Shown piece after piece: positions 10,957 to 20,836 of a stretch of DNA of 64,000 nucleotides (within the stretch, counting starts at the first letter, position 1; every line of letters begins with the position of its first letter). The position numbers were made by a program, and so were the translations under genes. Location: contig CAVTRY010000011.1 in the NCBI GenBank assembly GCA_963737265.1, positions 1,024,001 through 1,088,000 on the forward strand. The letters run 5' to 3'. The DNA comes from an uncultured delta proteobacterium (lineage in GTDB: Bacteria > Myxococcota_A > Polyangia > Fen-1088). Under the pieces are notes generated by a model. The model saw nothing but the letters and a program-made list of their open reading frames with translations. It had not been told where the DNA came from and did not search any database.

Positions 10957-11802
10957 ATGGCGAAGACCAGACGCACCTGGGCTGCGGGGGCGCTGCCGGG
11001 CTTCCGGATTACCTTGGGCTTCACCCTGCTCTACCTCAGCATCATGGTCATCCTGCCGTTGGCGGCTCTCATTCTGAAGACCACCGGCCTGACGTGGTCC
11101 GAATTCTGGGCCACCGTCGCGTCGTCGCGAGCGATCGCGGCGTACAAGCTCAGCTTTGGCGGCGCCTTCCTCGCCGCCGGAATCAACGCCGTGGCCGGCT
11201 TGCTCCTGTCGTGGGTGCTCGTCCGCTATCGGTTTTTCGGTCGCGACATCGTCGACGCGATCATCGATCTTCCGCTTGCCCTGCCCACGGCCGTGGCCGG
11301 TATCGCGCTCACCGCCGTGTACGCCCCGAACGGCGCCGTGGGGGCGTTTCTCGAACGGCACGGAATTACGGTCGCGTTTTCCTATCCGGGCGTGGTCTTG
11401 GCCATGGTCTTCGTCGGCCTGCCCTTTGCCGTGCGTTCGGTGCAGCCCGTGTTGATGGAGCTGGATCCACAGATCGAAGAGGCCGCCGCCGTGCTCGGCG
11501 CGTCGCGTTTGCGCACCTTCCTGCGCGTGATTTTTCCCCTGCTCACCCCGTCGGTGATCACGGGTTTCACCCTGGCCTTTGCCCGCGCCGTCGGCGAATA
11601 CGGTTCGATCGTCTTCATCTCGGGCAACATGCCCGGCAAGACCGAAATCGTGCCTCTTCTCATCGTGACCAAGCTCGAACAATTCCAATACCGTGAAGCC
11701 ACCGCGCTGGCGGTGGTCATGTTGGCGGGTTCGCTGCTGACCTTGCTGGCCGTGAATTTCCTGCAATCTTGGAATCGCAAGTGGGCAGCGAATGATTTCT
11801 GA
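10957..11802 (+). CDS. cysT: Sulfate ABC transporter permease CysT
   Basis: DLPLALPTAVAGI, EEAAAVLGAS EAA loop, operon position. Confidence 0.95.
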   Translation: MAKTRRTWAAGALPGFRITLGFTLLYLSIMVILPLAALILKTTGLTWSEFWATVASSRAIAAYKLSFGGAFLAAGINAVAGLLLSWVLVRYRFFGRDIVDAIIDLPLALPTAVAGIALTAVYAPNGAVGAFLERHGITVAFSYPGVVLAMVFVGLPFAVRSVQPVLMELDPQIEEAAAVLGASRLRTFLRVIFPLLTPSVITGFTLAFARAVGEYGSIVFISGNMPGKTEIVPLLIVTKLEQFQYREATALAVVMLAGSLLTLLAVNFLQSWNRKWAANDF

Positions 11803-12664
11803 CACTACCGCAATCCCTGCGCGTCGGGCCGACGTCAGCGCTCGTTCCGAGTCGCTTCCCGTCCGGCTCGTCCTTCTGGGCTTGGCATTTTCCTTCTTGA
11901 CCTTCGTCGTGATCTTGCCGCTAATCGCCGTTTTCACGCAGGCTTTCGCCAATGGCCTGCGTGGCTATTTCGCCGCCTTAGCGCAGCCAGAGACCGCCGC
12001 GGCCATCAAGCTGACCCTTCTCACGGCGGCGATCGCGGTTCCCCTCAACACCGTGTTTGGCGTGACCGCCGCATGGCTGATCGCCAAATATCGCTTCCCG
12101 GGTCGCAACATCCTCGTCACCCTCATCGACCTGCCGTTCACGGTTTCGCCGGTCATTTCGGGCCTCGTGTTTGTCCTGCTTTTCGGCACCCGCGGCATCT
12201 TCGGCACCTGGCTCGGCGCACACGACATCAAGATCGTTTTCGCCACGCCCGGCATCGTGCTCGCCACCATCTTCGTGACCTTTCCCTTCGTGGCGCGCGA
12301 GGTTTTACCGGCCTTGCAGGCGGCCGGAAACTCGTCGGAAGAGGCCGCGCTCACCCTCGGATCGGGCAGCCTGCGTATTCTGTTCAGGGTGACTCTTCCC
12401 AAGATCAAGTGGGCACTGATCTACGCAGTCATCCTGTGCAACGCCCGCGCCATGGGCGAATTCGGAGCCGTTTCGGTCGTATCCGGCCGCATCCGCGGCG
12501 TGACCAACACCGTGCCGTTGCAGGTCGAGATCCTTTACAACGAATACGACTTCGTCGGCGCCTTCGCCGTGGCTTCGCTGCTTACCGTGCTAGCGCTTGC
12601 CACCTTGGTCATCAAGAAAATCGTCGAGCGCCGTCGGACGAGACTCGGCGTGGGAGCAGCCTGA
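11792..12664 (+). CDS. cysW: Sulfate ABC transporter permease CysW
   Basis: DLPFTVSPVISG, NARAMGEFGAVSVVSG. Confidence 0.95.
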   Translation: MISDTTAIPARRADVSARSESLPVRLVLLGLAFSFLTFVVILPLIAVFTQAFANGLRGYFAALAQPETAAAIKLTLLTAAIAVPLNTVFGVTAAWLIAKYRFPGRNILVTLIDLPFTVSPVISGLVFVLLFGTRGIFGTWLGAHDIKIVFATPGIVLATIFVTFPFVAREVLPALQAAGNSSEEAALTLGSGSLRILFRVTLPKIKWALIYAVILCNARAMGEFGAVSVVSGRIRGVTNTVPLQVEILYNEYDFVGAFAVASLLTVLALATLVIKKIVERRRTRLGVGAA

Positions 12665-13740
12665 TGAATGTCCGTGTCGATCGGTTGACCAAACGTTTCG
12701 TGGCGGAGGGCGCGCCGGCCGTGCGCGGCGCCAGCTTCGAGGCACCGGCGGGCAGGATCACCACCCTGCTCGGACCGTCGGGCTCGGGCAAGACCACCAT
12801 CCTGCGCATCATCGCGGGGCTGGAATCCGCGGACGAGGGCAAAGTCGTTGTGGGCGAAGAGGACATCACGCAGATCCCCGTGCGCAAGCGCGGTTTTGGC
12901 TTCGTGTTTCAGAACTTCGCCCTCTTCGCCCACATGACGATCCGAGAAAACATCGCCTTCGGGTTGCGCGTGCGCCATGCCGCCAAGGCCGACATCCAAT
13001 CGCGCGTGGAAGAGCTTCTTGGTTTGGTGCAGCTGGAAGGTTACGGCGACCGCTATCCGTCGCAGCTTTCCGGCGGCCAGCGCCAGCGGGTGGGATTTGC
13101 GCGGGCCTTAGCTCCGCGCCCGAAGCTCCTGCTGCTCGATGAACCCTTCGGCGCCCTCGACGCCCGTGTGCGCGTCGAGCTGCGCGAATGGCTGCGCCGA
13201 CTGCACGAGCTGACCCACCTGACGACCCTCATGGTCACCCACGACCAAGAAGAAGCGCTGGATCTGTCGGATCGCCTGGTGGTGATGGATCAGGGAAAGG
13301 TTCATCAGGTGGGAACGCCGAAGGAGGTCTACGAGTCTCCGGCGTCGTCCTTCGTTGCATCCTTCGTTGGTTCCGCCAATGTTTTGCATGGACACGTCCT
13401 CGAAGGCCGCGCCCAGATCGCGGCCACGTCCCTTGACGTCCCCCTCAACACCACCGACGGTGCCCAGGTACGTGCCATCGTGCGCCCCCACGACGTCCGC
13501 ATCGAGCGTCCGACGACGGAAACGTCGGACTCGCCGGAGCCCCATCGGGCGAGCGGCCGCATCCGCCGCATCGTCGACCTCGGTACCCACGTCAAATTGG
13601 ATCTCGGCCTCACCACTCAGGAAATTGTCACGGTTCATGTCTCGCGCAAGGAATTCGGGATCCTCGCTCTCAAGGAGGGCGAATCGGTCCTCGTGGACCT
13701 GGACAGCGCCCGCGTGTTCGTCGAAGACTACGCCATCTGA
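12664..13740 (+). CDS. cysA: Sulfate ABC transporter ATP-binding protein CysA
   Basis: Walker A GPSGSGKT, LSGGQRQR, LLLDEPFGALD, TOBE-like tail; TGATG overlap with cysW. Confidence 0.95.
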   Translation: MNVRVDRLTKRFVAEGAPAVRGASFEAPAGRITTLLGPSGSGKTTILRIIAGLESADEGKVVVGEEDITQIPVRKRGFGFVFQNFALFAHMTIRENIAFGLRVRHAAKADIQSRVEELLGLVQLEGYGDRYPSQLSGGQRQRVGFARALAPRPKLLLLDEPFGALDARVRVELREWLRRLHELTHLTTLMVTHDQEEALDLSDRLVVMDQGKVHQVGTPKEVYESPASSFVASFVGSANVLHGHVLEGRAQIAATSLDVPLNTTDGAQVRAIVRPHDVRIERPTTETSDSPEPHRASGRIRRIVDLGTHVKLDLGLTTQEIVTVHVSRKEFGILALKEGESVLVDLDSARVFVEDYAI

Positions 13741-13795
13741 TGATCTGCTACGTCCGATATTCTTCGCGTGGCTCCGCTCTCTATAGCCTGTAGCC

Positions 13796-13812
13796 TGCGG
13801 CCGAAGGCCGCG
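13796..13812. repeat. Short GC hairpin GCGGCCGAAGGCCGC after cysA (REP-like or terminator-like)
   Basis: Perfect stem GCGGCC/GGCCGC with a 3-nt loop, preceded by GCCTGTA-type heptamers; no U-tract. Confidence 0.4.
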
Positions 13813-13871
13813 CCATAAGCGTTTCGGACCTTGTTCCTTGGCCCACGAACGGGTTACCTTGGTCCCCCTCG

Positions 13872-16331
13872 ATGAGTCCTTCGCAAGAGTCCTGGTCCGC
13901 CCGTTATTGCCGTTTCGTTTCACGCCGCGCGGGCACGATTCTCGTCGCGATTGCACTGCTGTTCGCCGGATCGGGCTTTCTCGCCTCGAAGCTGGCGCTC
14001 AAGACTGCCCTGTCCGAGCTGCTCCCCAGCGACGACCCGGGTGTGGTCACGCTCGAGAAGACGCAGAAGCGCATGGGGGACATGTCGCTCTTGCTCATTG
14101 GCATTCGGTCGCCCGATCGCGAGGCGAATCTTCGCTACGCCGAAATGCTGACCCAGAAGATGCAGCAGCTGCCAAAGAACGTCGTGGCGATGGCCACATA
14201 CCATATTCGCGACCTCAAAAGCTTCTTCGAGCGCAATAAGTGGCTCTACATCGCCGAGGACGATCTCGTCGCGATTCGCGACCGGCTGCGCACGGAAATC
14301 ACGAAGCGCAAGAACCCACTGCTCGTCGATCTGTCGGACGACGACCAGGAGTCGGTCGATGCCATGCGCGACCGGCTGACCAAGCAGGACCATCTCGGCG
14401 GGCGTTTTCCCGACGGCGTCTTCAGCAACGAGAACGGCAGCTATGTCTGGATTGCCGCGCTCCCACCCGGTGGCATTTTCGGCGAGCACGGTGGCGAAGA
14501 AATCTACCGGGCGGCCCACCGCCTGGTGATCGAGAACGATCCGCACGCCTTCCACCCGCAGATGACCGCCTACGTGGGTGGCCCCATCGCCACTGGGATC
14601 GCCAGTCGGCAGGCAGTGGAACGGGACATCCTGTGGGTCACGGTCACCTGTCTCGTCATCGTCGCGATCTCCATCGGCGTCTACTTTCGGCGCTTGCGTT
14701 CCCTGCCGCTTGTGGCTACGTCCGGCGTGATCGGCACCGTGATGGCGTTCGCGGTGGCCGAGCTGGCCTTCGGCTACGTCAATTCGTCGACCGCGTTCCT
14801 GGGCTCCATCATTCTCGGCAACGGGATCAACTACGCCATCATCCTCATGTCGCGCTACGAGGAGTACCGCGCATCGGGCGACGCAAGCTACGTCGCCATG
14901 GAGCGCGCGATTGGCGGCGTCACGCGCGGAACGGGCGTGGCGGCGATCTGCGCGTCGGCAGCCTACGCGACCCTGATGCTGACCAAGTTTCGCGGCTTCT
15001 ACCAGTTCGGCGTTATGGCTGCGTTCGGCGTCTTGTTCTGCTGGGCGCTTACCTTCACCGCTCTTCCCGCCATCTTGTTCATCATGGACCGGCGGGTTCG
15101 GGGCAAGAGCCCATCAACACGTGCCCCGCTCAACCTGGCCCCGCTCGGGCGGCTGCTGGGCAAGAGCCCTGGAGCCATCGCCATCGTGGCGGCCGCCCTG
15201 ACAGTGTTCTGCAGCGTCAGCTTGCTCCATTTCGCTGGCGCTCCCTTCGAGTACGACTTTCGCAAGCTCAACGCCGATCTGCAAAGCACCGACGACGCCA
15301 AGCAATTCAATCGCAGCCTGGACAAGCTGTTTGGCCGCTGGCCGTCGCCCACCATCGTGCTCGCCGATCGCCTCGAAGAGGTAGAACCGATCCGAAACGC
15401 CATCTGGCGGCAAAACCACGCCGATCCCGTCATCGGCAACGTCGTCACCATCAACGACGTGCTGCCAGGAAGCACGGACGTGCAGAACCGAAAGATTGGG
15501 CTCCTCGCCGAGATTCGCAAGCTCGCCCACGATCCAGCGGTTGAGGCCCTAGACGAAAAGAAGCGCAAGCAGATCGCCGATCTCGACGTCCCGGAAAGCT
15601 TGCGCGTCCTTCTACCTACGGATGTACCAGGCCTGGCACGCCGGCCCTTCACCGAGGCGGACGGAACCATCGGTCGGGTTCTCCTCGTCTATCCCACCGA
15701 GGAACATCTTTCGGTCTACAACGGTAAGGACCTTCTGCGCATCGCCAACGTCCTGCAGTACCTGCACATCCCCGAAGAGAACAAGACCATCGAGACCTCG
15801 GGAAGCGCGGTGGTCTTCGCCGCGATGATTCGCTCCATCGTGCATGACGCTCCTCGGGCAACGGTGGCATCGCTGCTGGTTGTCGTCCTCTTTTCTTACC
15901 TGATTATGCGTCCCCGTTCGGCCGCCCTTGGCGCCATTGCAACCCTCCTGGTCGGCGTGACTTGGATGGTGGGGATTGCTGGCGCCGCCGAAGTGAAGAT
16001 TACGTTTATCAATTTCATCGCCTTGCCCATCACCTTTGGCATTGGCGCCGAGTACGGGCTGAACGTGGCCCAGCGCTATCGCGACGATCGAGACATGATC
16101 CGCGCCGTCGTCTCCACCGGTGGCGCTGTGGCGCTGTGCTCATGGACCACCATCGTCGGCTACGGCTCGCTGCTGGCGGCGTCCAGTCGAGCCCTCAAGG
16201 GATTCGGAATGATGGCCATTCTCGGGGAAATTTCCTGTCTCGCCGCCGCCCTGCTTGCGCTGCCTGCCTTCATCCTTTGGCAAGAACGCCGACGTCGGCT
16301 GGCCAAGTCAGCGCCGACCGACGCTGCGTAG
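13872..16331 (+). CDS. MMPL/RND-family lipid exporter
   Basis: Two repeats of TM + periplasmic loop + TM bundle; GNGINYAI and GIGAEYG motifs. Confidence 0.88.
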   Translation: MSPSQESWSARYCRFVSRRAGTILVAIALLFAGSGFLASKLALKTALSELLPSDDPGVVTLEKTQKRMGDMSLLLIGIRSPDREANLRYAEMLTQKMQQLPKNVVAMATYHIRDLKSFFERNKWLYIAEDDLVAIRDRLRTEITKRKNPLLVDLSDDDQESVDAMRDRLTKQDHLGGRFPDGVFSNENGSYVWIAALPPGGIFGEHGGEEIYRAAHRLVIENDPHAFHPQMTAYVGGPIATGIASRQAVERDILWVTVTCLVIVAISIGVYFRRLRSLPLVATSGVIGTVMAFAVAELAFGYVNSSTAFLGSIILGNGINYAIILMSRYEEYRASGDASYVAMERAIGGVTRGTGVAAICASAAYATLMLTKFRGFYQFGVMAAFGVLFCWALTFTALPAILFIMDRRVRGKSPSTRAPLNLAPLGRLLGKSPGAIAIVAAALTVFCSVSLLHFAGAPFEYDFRKLNADLQSTDDAKQFNRSLDKLFGRWPSPTIVLADRLEEVEPIRNAIWRQNHADPVIGNVVTINDVLPGSTDVQNRKIGLLAEIRKLAHDPAVEALDEKKRKQIADLDVPESLRVLLPTDVPGLARRPFTEADGTIGRVLLVYPTEEHLSVYNGKDLLRIANVLQYLHIPEENKTIETSGSAVVFAAMIRSIVHDAPRATVASLLVVVLFSYLIMRPRSAALGAIATLLVGVTWMVGIAGAAEVKITFINFIALPITFGIGAEYGLNVAQRYRDDRDMIRAVVSTGGAVALCSWTTIVGYGSLLAASSRALKGFGMMAILGEISCLAAALLALPAFILWQERRRRLAKSAPTDAA

Positions 16332-16341
16332 ATTTGTCGTT

Positions 16342-18108
16342 GTGGCACCCATCCCAGTCGCCCAATCGTCGCAGCCGCCGGCAAGGCACAAGGCCGGCGC
16401 CAGACTAATCCCGGGTGCCTGGTGGTGGTCGGCGCTGGCTACCAACGCGGGAGGCCTGGCCCTGGTACTGGCGTTTCGCGCACTCTACCTCGTTCGCTTC
16501 GGCGGCGATCCGTGCGGGATGAACATCAACTTTCTCCTTGAAGCAAAGGCTGCGCGCTTTGGCTACGAGGTCGAGCTGCGCATGCCGCTCGTGCGACTGC
16601 TGCTGGCGGCGATGCGGAACGCGGGAGCCAGCTCGGCCGTCGCCCTGGGCACCATTTACCTGACCGCCCACGCGCTGCTGGCACTCGGCATCTTCTCGCT
16701 CGCGCGCACCGCCCTCGGCGTCAGGCCAAGAATTCAGGCCAGCGTGGCGATAGCGGTCGCGGTTCTGCCCGCGCTGGCGACCGACTCTGGATACCGAAAC
16801 ATCTCGTGCACCCTGGCTGCGGCCCTCTTTGCCGCACTCGCGGCGCTTCTCGTCGATGGCCGTGTCCGCTTTGCCCGCATGGCAGCGGCATTCGTTCTCG
16901 CGGTTGGCGCCGCAAGCTGCCGCCCCGAATCGGCTCTTTGCGTGGCCGGCTTGGCCTGCGCCCTTGCCCTGCTGGGTGATCGAATCGGTGCCGGTCGCGC
17001 CGGGGCAGCGGTCGCGGGCGCGGGTTTCGTGACCGCTCTCGCGCTTGCATCAAGCAACGCATTCGGCACCGCGCACGGGCCTTCAGCACGGATGTGGGGA
17101 TCATACTCGTTTTATGCCTTCTACAATGCGAGCCCCTATCTGCTGCGGCTCGCGTCGTACCTGCGCCATCCCGGCTCGACCGCAACGGAGTACCTGCGGT
17201 ACCTGGAGACGGTTCGCCTCTTCGGCGGATTCGAGGAGAACGGCGGCAGCCTTCTACATGCACTGCTACATCACCCTGGAAAAGCCGCGATCTGGTTCGC
17301 GGCCAAGCCTGTCGATCTGTTGATTACGATTGTGCTGCGCGATTCGTTTACGTTGCTCGTCGTACCGATGTTCTTGCTAGCCGCGCGCCGCGCTTACCGG
17401 GAGGGCTGGCGAAACGCATCGGCTCGGTGGATGCCCATGCTGGGAGCTTTCGCTGCGCCGCTGGCCTACGCCGTTGTCTGGTCGCAGGGCGGACACGCAC
17501 CCTACCTTTTGTTCGTTGCGCCCTTACTTCTGCTTGCAGCGCTGTGGGGAATCGAGCCCTGGATCGAGAGCGCGCCGGCAGTCTACCTGCGACTCCTCGC
17601 CACGGCGACGATCGCCATCGCTGCTCTATTCGTGGCGCTCGCCGGCCACCACAGCCCCGCAACGTCGCCACCCTTGACAGAGGCCGCGCACTGGCTCGAA
17701 GCACGCTGTGGTGGCAGCGGCTGCCTGGTCAACGCGCTGCCAGAGGTGCTCGACGCGCAGTCCTGGGCCAATTTGCAGGCCGGCGCGCCCCTGCCTGCCA
17801 AGGACAAGCGCGCCGAGTGGTTCGTTCTTCGGCACTACCCTGCGTCTTACGTCGAGCAAGTGCGCTGGTCCCAGCGTCTCGCCAGCGCTCGTGCGCGCGG
17901 CTGGCGTGGACCTACCTTCTACGTTCGGCCCAAGACGCGGTCGGTGCAAAGTTTCAACGACGACTTCGATCCCGAACACCGCCTCGAGGGCGTGCCCAAT
18001 CTCACCGGCATGACCCGAGCCGTGACCCTCCGGGACGATGCGGATCTGGTCGAGATATTCGACGTATCGGCAACGCCACGCGAGGTGCACCGATCTTTCG
18101 GGTTTTAG
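16342..18108 (+). CDS. Multi-pass membrane protein, possible GT-C-type glycosyltransferase
   Basis: Many hydrophobic segments, SCRPES motif, soluble C-terminal domain; start uncertain (GTG 16342 chosen). Confidence 0.55.
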   Translation: MAPIPVAQSSQPPARHKAGARLIPGAWWWSALATNAGGLALVLAFRALYLVRFGGDPCGMNINFLLEAKAARFGYEVELRMPLVRLLLAAMRNAGASSAVALGTIYLTAHALLALGIFSLARTALGVRPRIQASVAIAVAVLPALATDSGYRNISCTLAAALFAALAALLVDGRVRFARMAAAFVLAVGAASCRPESALCVAGLACALALLGDRIGAGRAGAAVAGAGFVTALALASSNAFGTAHGPSARMWGSYSFYAFYNASPYLLRLASYLRHPGSTATEYLRYLETVRLFGGFEENGGSLLHALLHHPGKAAIWFAAKPVDLLITIVLRDSFTLLVVPMFLLAARRAYREGWRNASARWMPMLGAFAAPLAYAVVWSQGGHAPYLLFVAPLLLLAALWGIEPWIESAPAVYLRLLATATIAIAALFVALAGHHSPATSPPLTEAAHWLEARCGGSGCLVNALPEVLDAQSWANLQAGAPLPAKDKRAEWFVLRHYPASYVEQVRWSQRLASARARGWRGPTFYVRPKTRSVQSFNDDFDPEHRLEGVPNLTGMTRAVTLRDDADLVEIFDVSATPREVHRSFGF

Positions 18109-18117
18109 ATTGCTGGT

Positions 18118-19806
18118 CTAGCCAATCCTCGACCTGATCCGCGACGCGCACCCCGACACCCGACGCAGCGCCTTGCGAATCAGGTCGCGTTCCTCACCGC
18201 CCAGACCGAGTGCCAGCATGACGAGCACATAGCCGGCCGAAACGACGATGGCCCGGAAGACGAAAAGCCAGAGCGATGGCAGCCCCGCCGCGCCGAGGCC
18301 AAATTCCGCTAGGACAAGCACGACGGCGCCGGCCGAGAGCGCCTTCCAGAACCCGCGCGAAAAAGGGTGCACGCGATAGAGCACGGCGACCTCGACGACC
18401 TGCAGGGTCTGCATGAGAGTCACGGATGAAGCTGATGAAAGTGCGGCGCCGAGCACGCCGAGGCGTGGAATGAGTAGACAGCAAAGCACTATGTTGACGG
18501 TGGCCGAGACGAGGTTGTTGACGAGAACCATGCGCGAGTGCCCACCCATGACCACGACCCAGCCGGTGAGCCCCAGTGCGCCGTTGACGAGATGGCCGAG
18601 GAGCAACACCACCAGCACGTTGCCCGCCGCGAGAAAACCCTGGGGGAACAGGCGCAGAAGCTCACCCCGAAACACGATCATCGCCACCAGCAGAGGCACC
18701 GTGATCATCGTCGTCCAGCGGGTCATGAGGCGCAGGTTGTAGCGCAGCCTCGCCATGTCCTTGAGACGCAAGGCTTCGGCCAGCACGGGCGACGCCACCG
18801 GATCGAAGGCGTAGCGAATGTTGGAAGCGACGCGGCTGATGGCCTCGGCGCCAGCGTAGACACCCAGGGTTTCCGGTCCGGCGAGGAAGGCAATAAGGAT
18901 GATATCGGTCCGTTGCAGGACGGAATTCAAGAACTCGGAAATCCCGATCACGACCGAGAAGCGAACCATCTCGCCGTGAAAGAATGGCCTGTGCTCACCG
19001 GCGGGCGCTGCTGCCGGCCATAGCGCCCGACGCAAAGGCATCGCCGCGAACACGCGCCCGGCGGCCCAGAACGCCAGCCCGACGGTCAGTCCCATGGCCA
19101 GCAGATGCGCCAGGCAAAGGCCCCCAAGCGTGGGATAAAAGGCGCCGATCAAGACCGCCAGCAGCAACAACGACAGCGGCTGCGCAATGCCGCGAACGAT
19201 CAGGTTGTAGCGCATCTTCTTTGCGCCCATCGTGGCGGAGATGAGCACGAGGATGAGCGCGGAGCAGGGCAGGCTCGGCGCCAAAAAGCGAATCGCGGTG
19301 CGAACCTCGGGTTTGCCTTGCAGGCTGGCCAACGGCCCGGCGAACACCAACGCGAGCAAGGCCAGCAAGGAGCTGGCCCCAAGGGTGAGCCAAAAGGCAG
19401 TGCGCAGGGATCGCTTTTCCAGATCGGCCTCGCCTGCAACGCGATGAGAGGCGAGGTGGCGAATCACGCCCTTGTCCGTGCCGAGGGGGCTTAGACGCAG
19501 GAGAGGTTCGGCGCTGCTGATACCCCAACGGTAAAGGCCATAAAGCGAGGTACCGAAGAGATGCGCCGCCAGGGGGTGAAAGGTCGCTTCGGACAAGCCA
19601 GCCAGGATGGCCAGGAAGTTCGTGCCCGCGCCCACGCTGGCGTGCCGAACATCCTGCCGTCGATCGGGAGCCGGAGGCTCGACAGGGCCAACCCTGGCGG
19701 GCGTGGCCAGCGCGGACGAGGTCGCCCCTGTCAGCGTGCTTGCGGAGGATCCCCCGGAAACGCCGCCGTCAGGAGCCGTGTTGTCGGTGCGTTCTTCAGC
19801 GGCCAT
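18118..19806 (-). CDS. Wzx-type oligosaccharide flippase
   Basis: About 12-14 TM segments, RTDIILIAFLAG..LGVY motif, glycan-cluster context. Confidence 0.85.
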   Translation of the reverse strand: MAAEERTDNTAPDGGVSGGSSASTLTGATSSALATPARVGPVEPPAPDRRQDVRHASVGAGTNFLAILAGLSEATFHPLAAHLFGTSLYGLYRWGISSAEPLLRLSPLGTDKGVIRHLASHRVAGEADLEKRSLRTAFWLTLGASSLLALLALVFAGPLASLQGKPEVRTAIRFLAPSLPCSALILVLISATMGAKKMRYNLIVRGIAQPLSLLLLAVLIGAFYPTLGGLCLAHLLAMGLTVGLAFWAAGRVFAAMPLRRALWPAAAPAGEHRPFFHGEMVRFSVVIGISEFLNSVLQRTDIILIAFLAGPETLGVYAGAEAISRVASNIRYAFDPVASPVLAEALRLKDMARLRYNLRLMTRWTTMITVPLLVAMIVFRGELLRLFPQGFLAAGNVLVVLLLGHLVNGALGLTGWVVVMGGHSRMVLVNNLVSATVNIVLCCLLIPRLGVLGAALSSASSVTLMQTLQVVEVAVLYRVHPFSRGFWKALSAGAVVLVLAEFGLGAAGLPSLWLFVFRAIVVSAGYVLVMLALGLGGEERDLIRKALRRVSGCASRIRSRIG

Positions 19807-19957
19807 GGTTCTCTTCTGGACTCACGTTTCAGAGCGACTTTCGCACTATGCCATCATTGGTTTGGAACGGCTCGTGGCCGGGCGGAAGATTTCCGTTCCG
19901 CGGCATCGCTGTCGGGATAGAAGGAATCTGTCTTACACGAATCGGGGAAGAACAAGC

Positions 19958-20807
19958 GTGAGCAGCTCGGCATACGATCTGGAGGTCAAGCAGGGAGACC
20001 GCTTCGAATTCGGCAAGAATTGGAGCCGGTTTCTCGCCGTCCTCGACGACGAGCGCGTCGCCGAGGCGTGCCGGTCGCTCGATCGCATGCTCGGACCAGG
20101 TTTCCTTGTCGGCAAGGCCTTTCTCGACGTCGGCAGCGGCAGCGGTTTGTTCTCCCTGGCGGCCATGAGGCTCGGCGCCGCGCGCGTGCACTCCCTCGAC
20201 TACGATCCCAACTGTGTCCGTTGTACAGCCGAGCTCAAACGCCGCTTCTTTCCCGAGACCGCGCACTGGGTGGTCGAGCAAGGCAGCGTGCTCGACGCCG
20301 CCTACATGTTCGAGCCTCGGAGAGTTCGACGTGGTGTACTCGTGGGGCGTGCTTCACCACACCGGCCGAATGTGGCAGGCGCTCGACCAGGTCGCCCATG
20401 CAGTTCCGTCGCAGGGACGACTGTTCATTGCCCTTTACCGAGATCAGCGCTGGCTCAGCCATACGTGGTGGCAGGTCAAGCGGCTGTACAACAGCGGCTG
20501 GCTCGGACGATCCCTCGTGTGTGGCGTCTTTTGCCCATACTACGCGGTCAGCGGTTTCCTCGCCGATATCGTGCGCCTGAAGAACCCGTTGCGGCGCTAC
20601 GCCGAATACAAACGCAGCCGCGGCATGTCTCGCGTTCACGATTGGATAGACTGGCTCGGCGGCTTTCCCTTCGAGGTTTCCACGCCCGAAGCGATTCGCC
20701 GCTTCTACGAGGAACGTGGATTCCAGCTGGAACGGGACAAGCTTCTGCCGAGCGGCCACGGCTGCAACGAATTCGTGTTCGTCAAAAGGCCAACGCCGGC
20801 GGTGTAA
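19958..20807 (+). CDS. Class I SAM-dependent methyltransferase, +1 frameshift near 20309
   Basis: RFEFGKNW, FLDVGSGSGLFS in one frame, FDVVYSWGVLHHTG and DWLGGFPFE in the next. Confidence 0.88.
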
Positions 20808-20836
20808 GGCCGTGCCCCTGTGGATTCCGCGAAAAA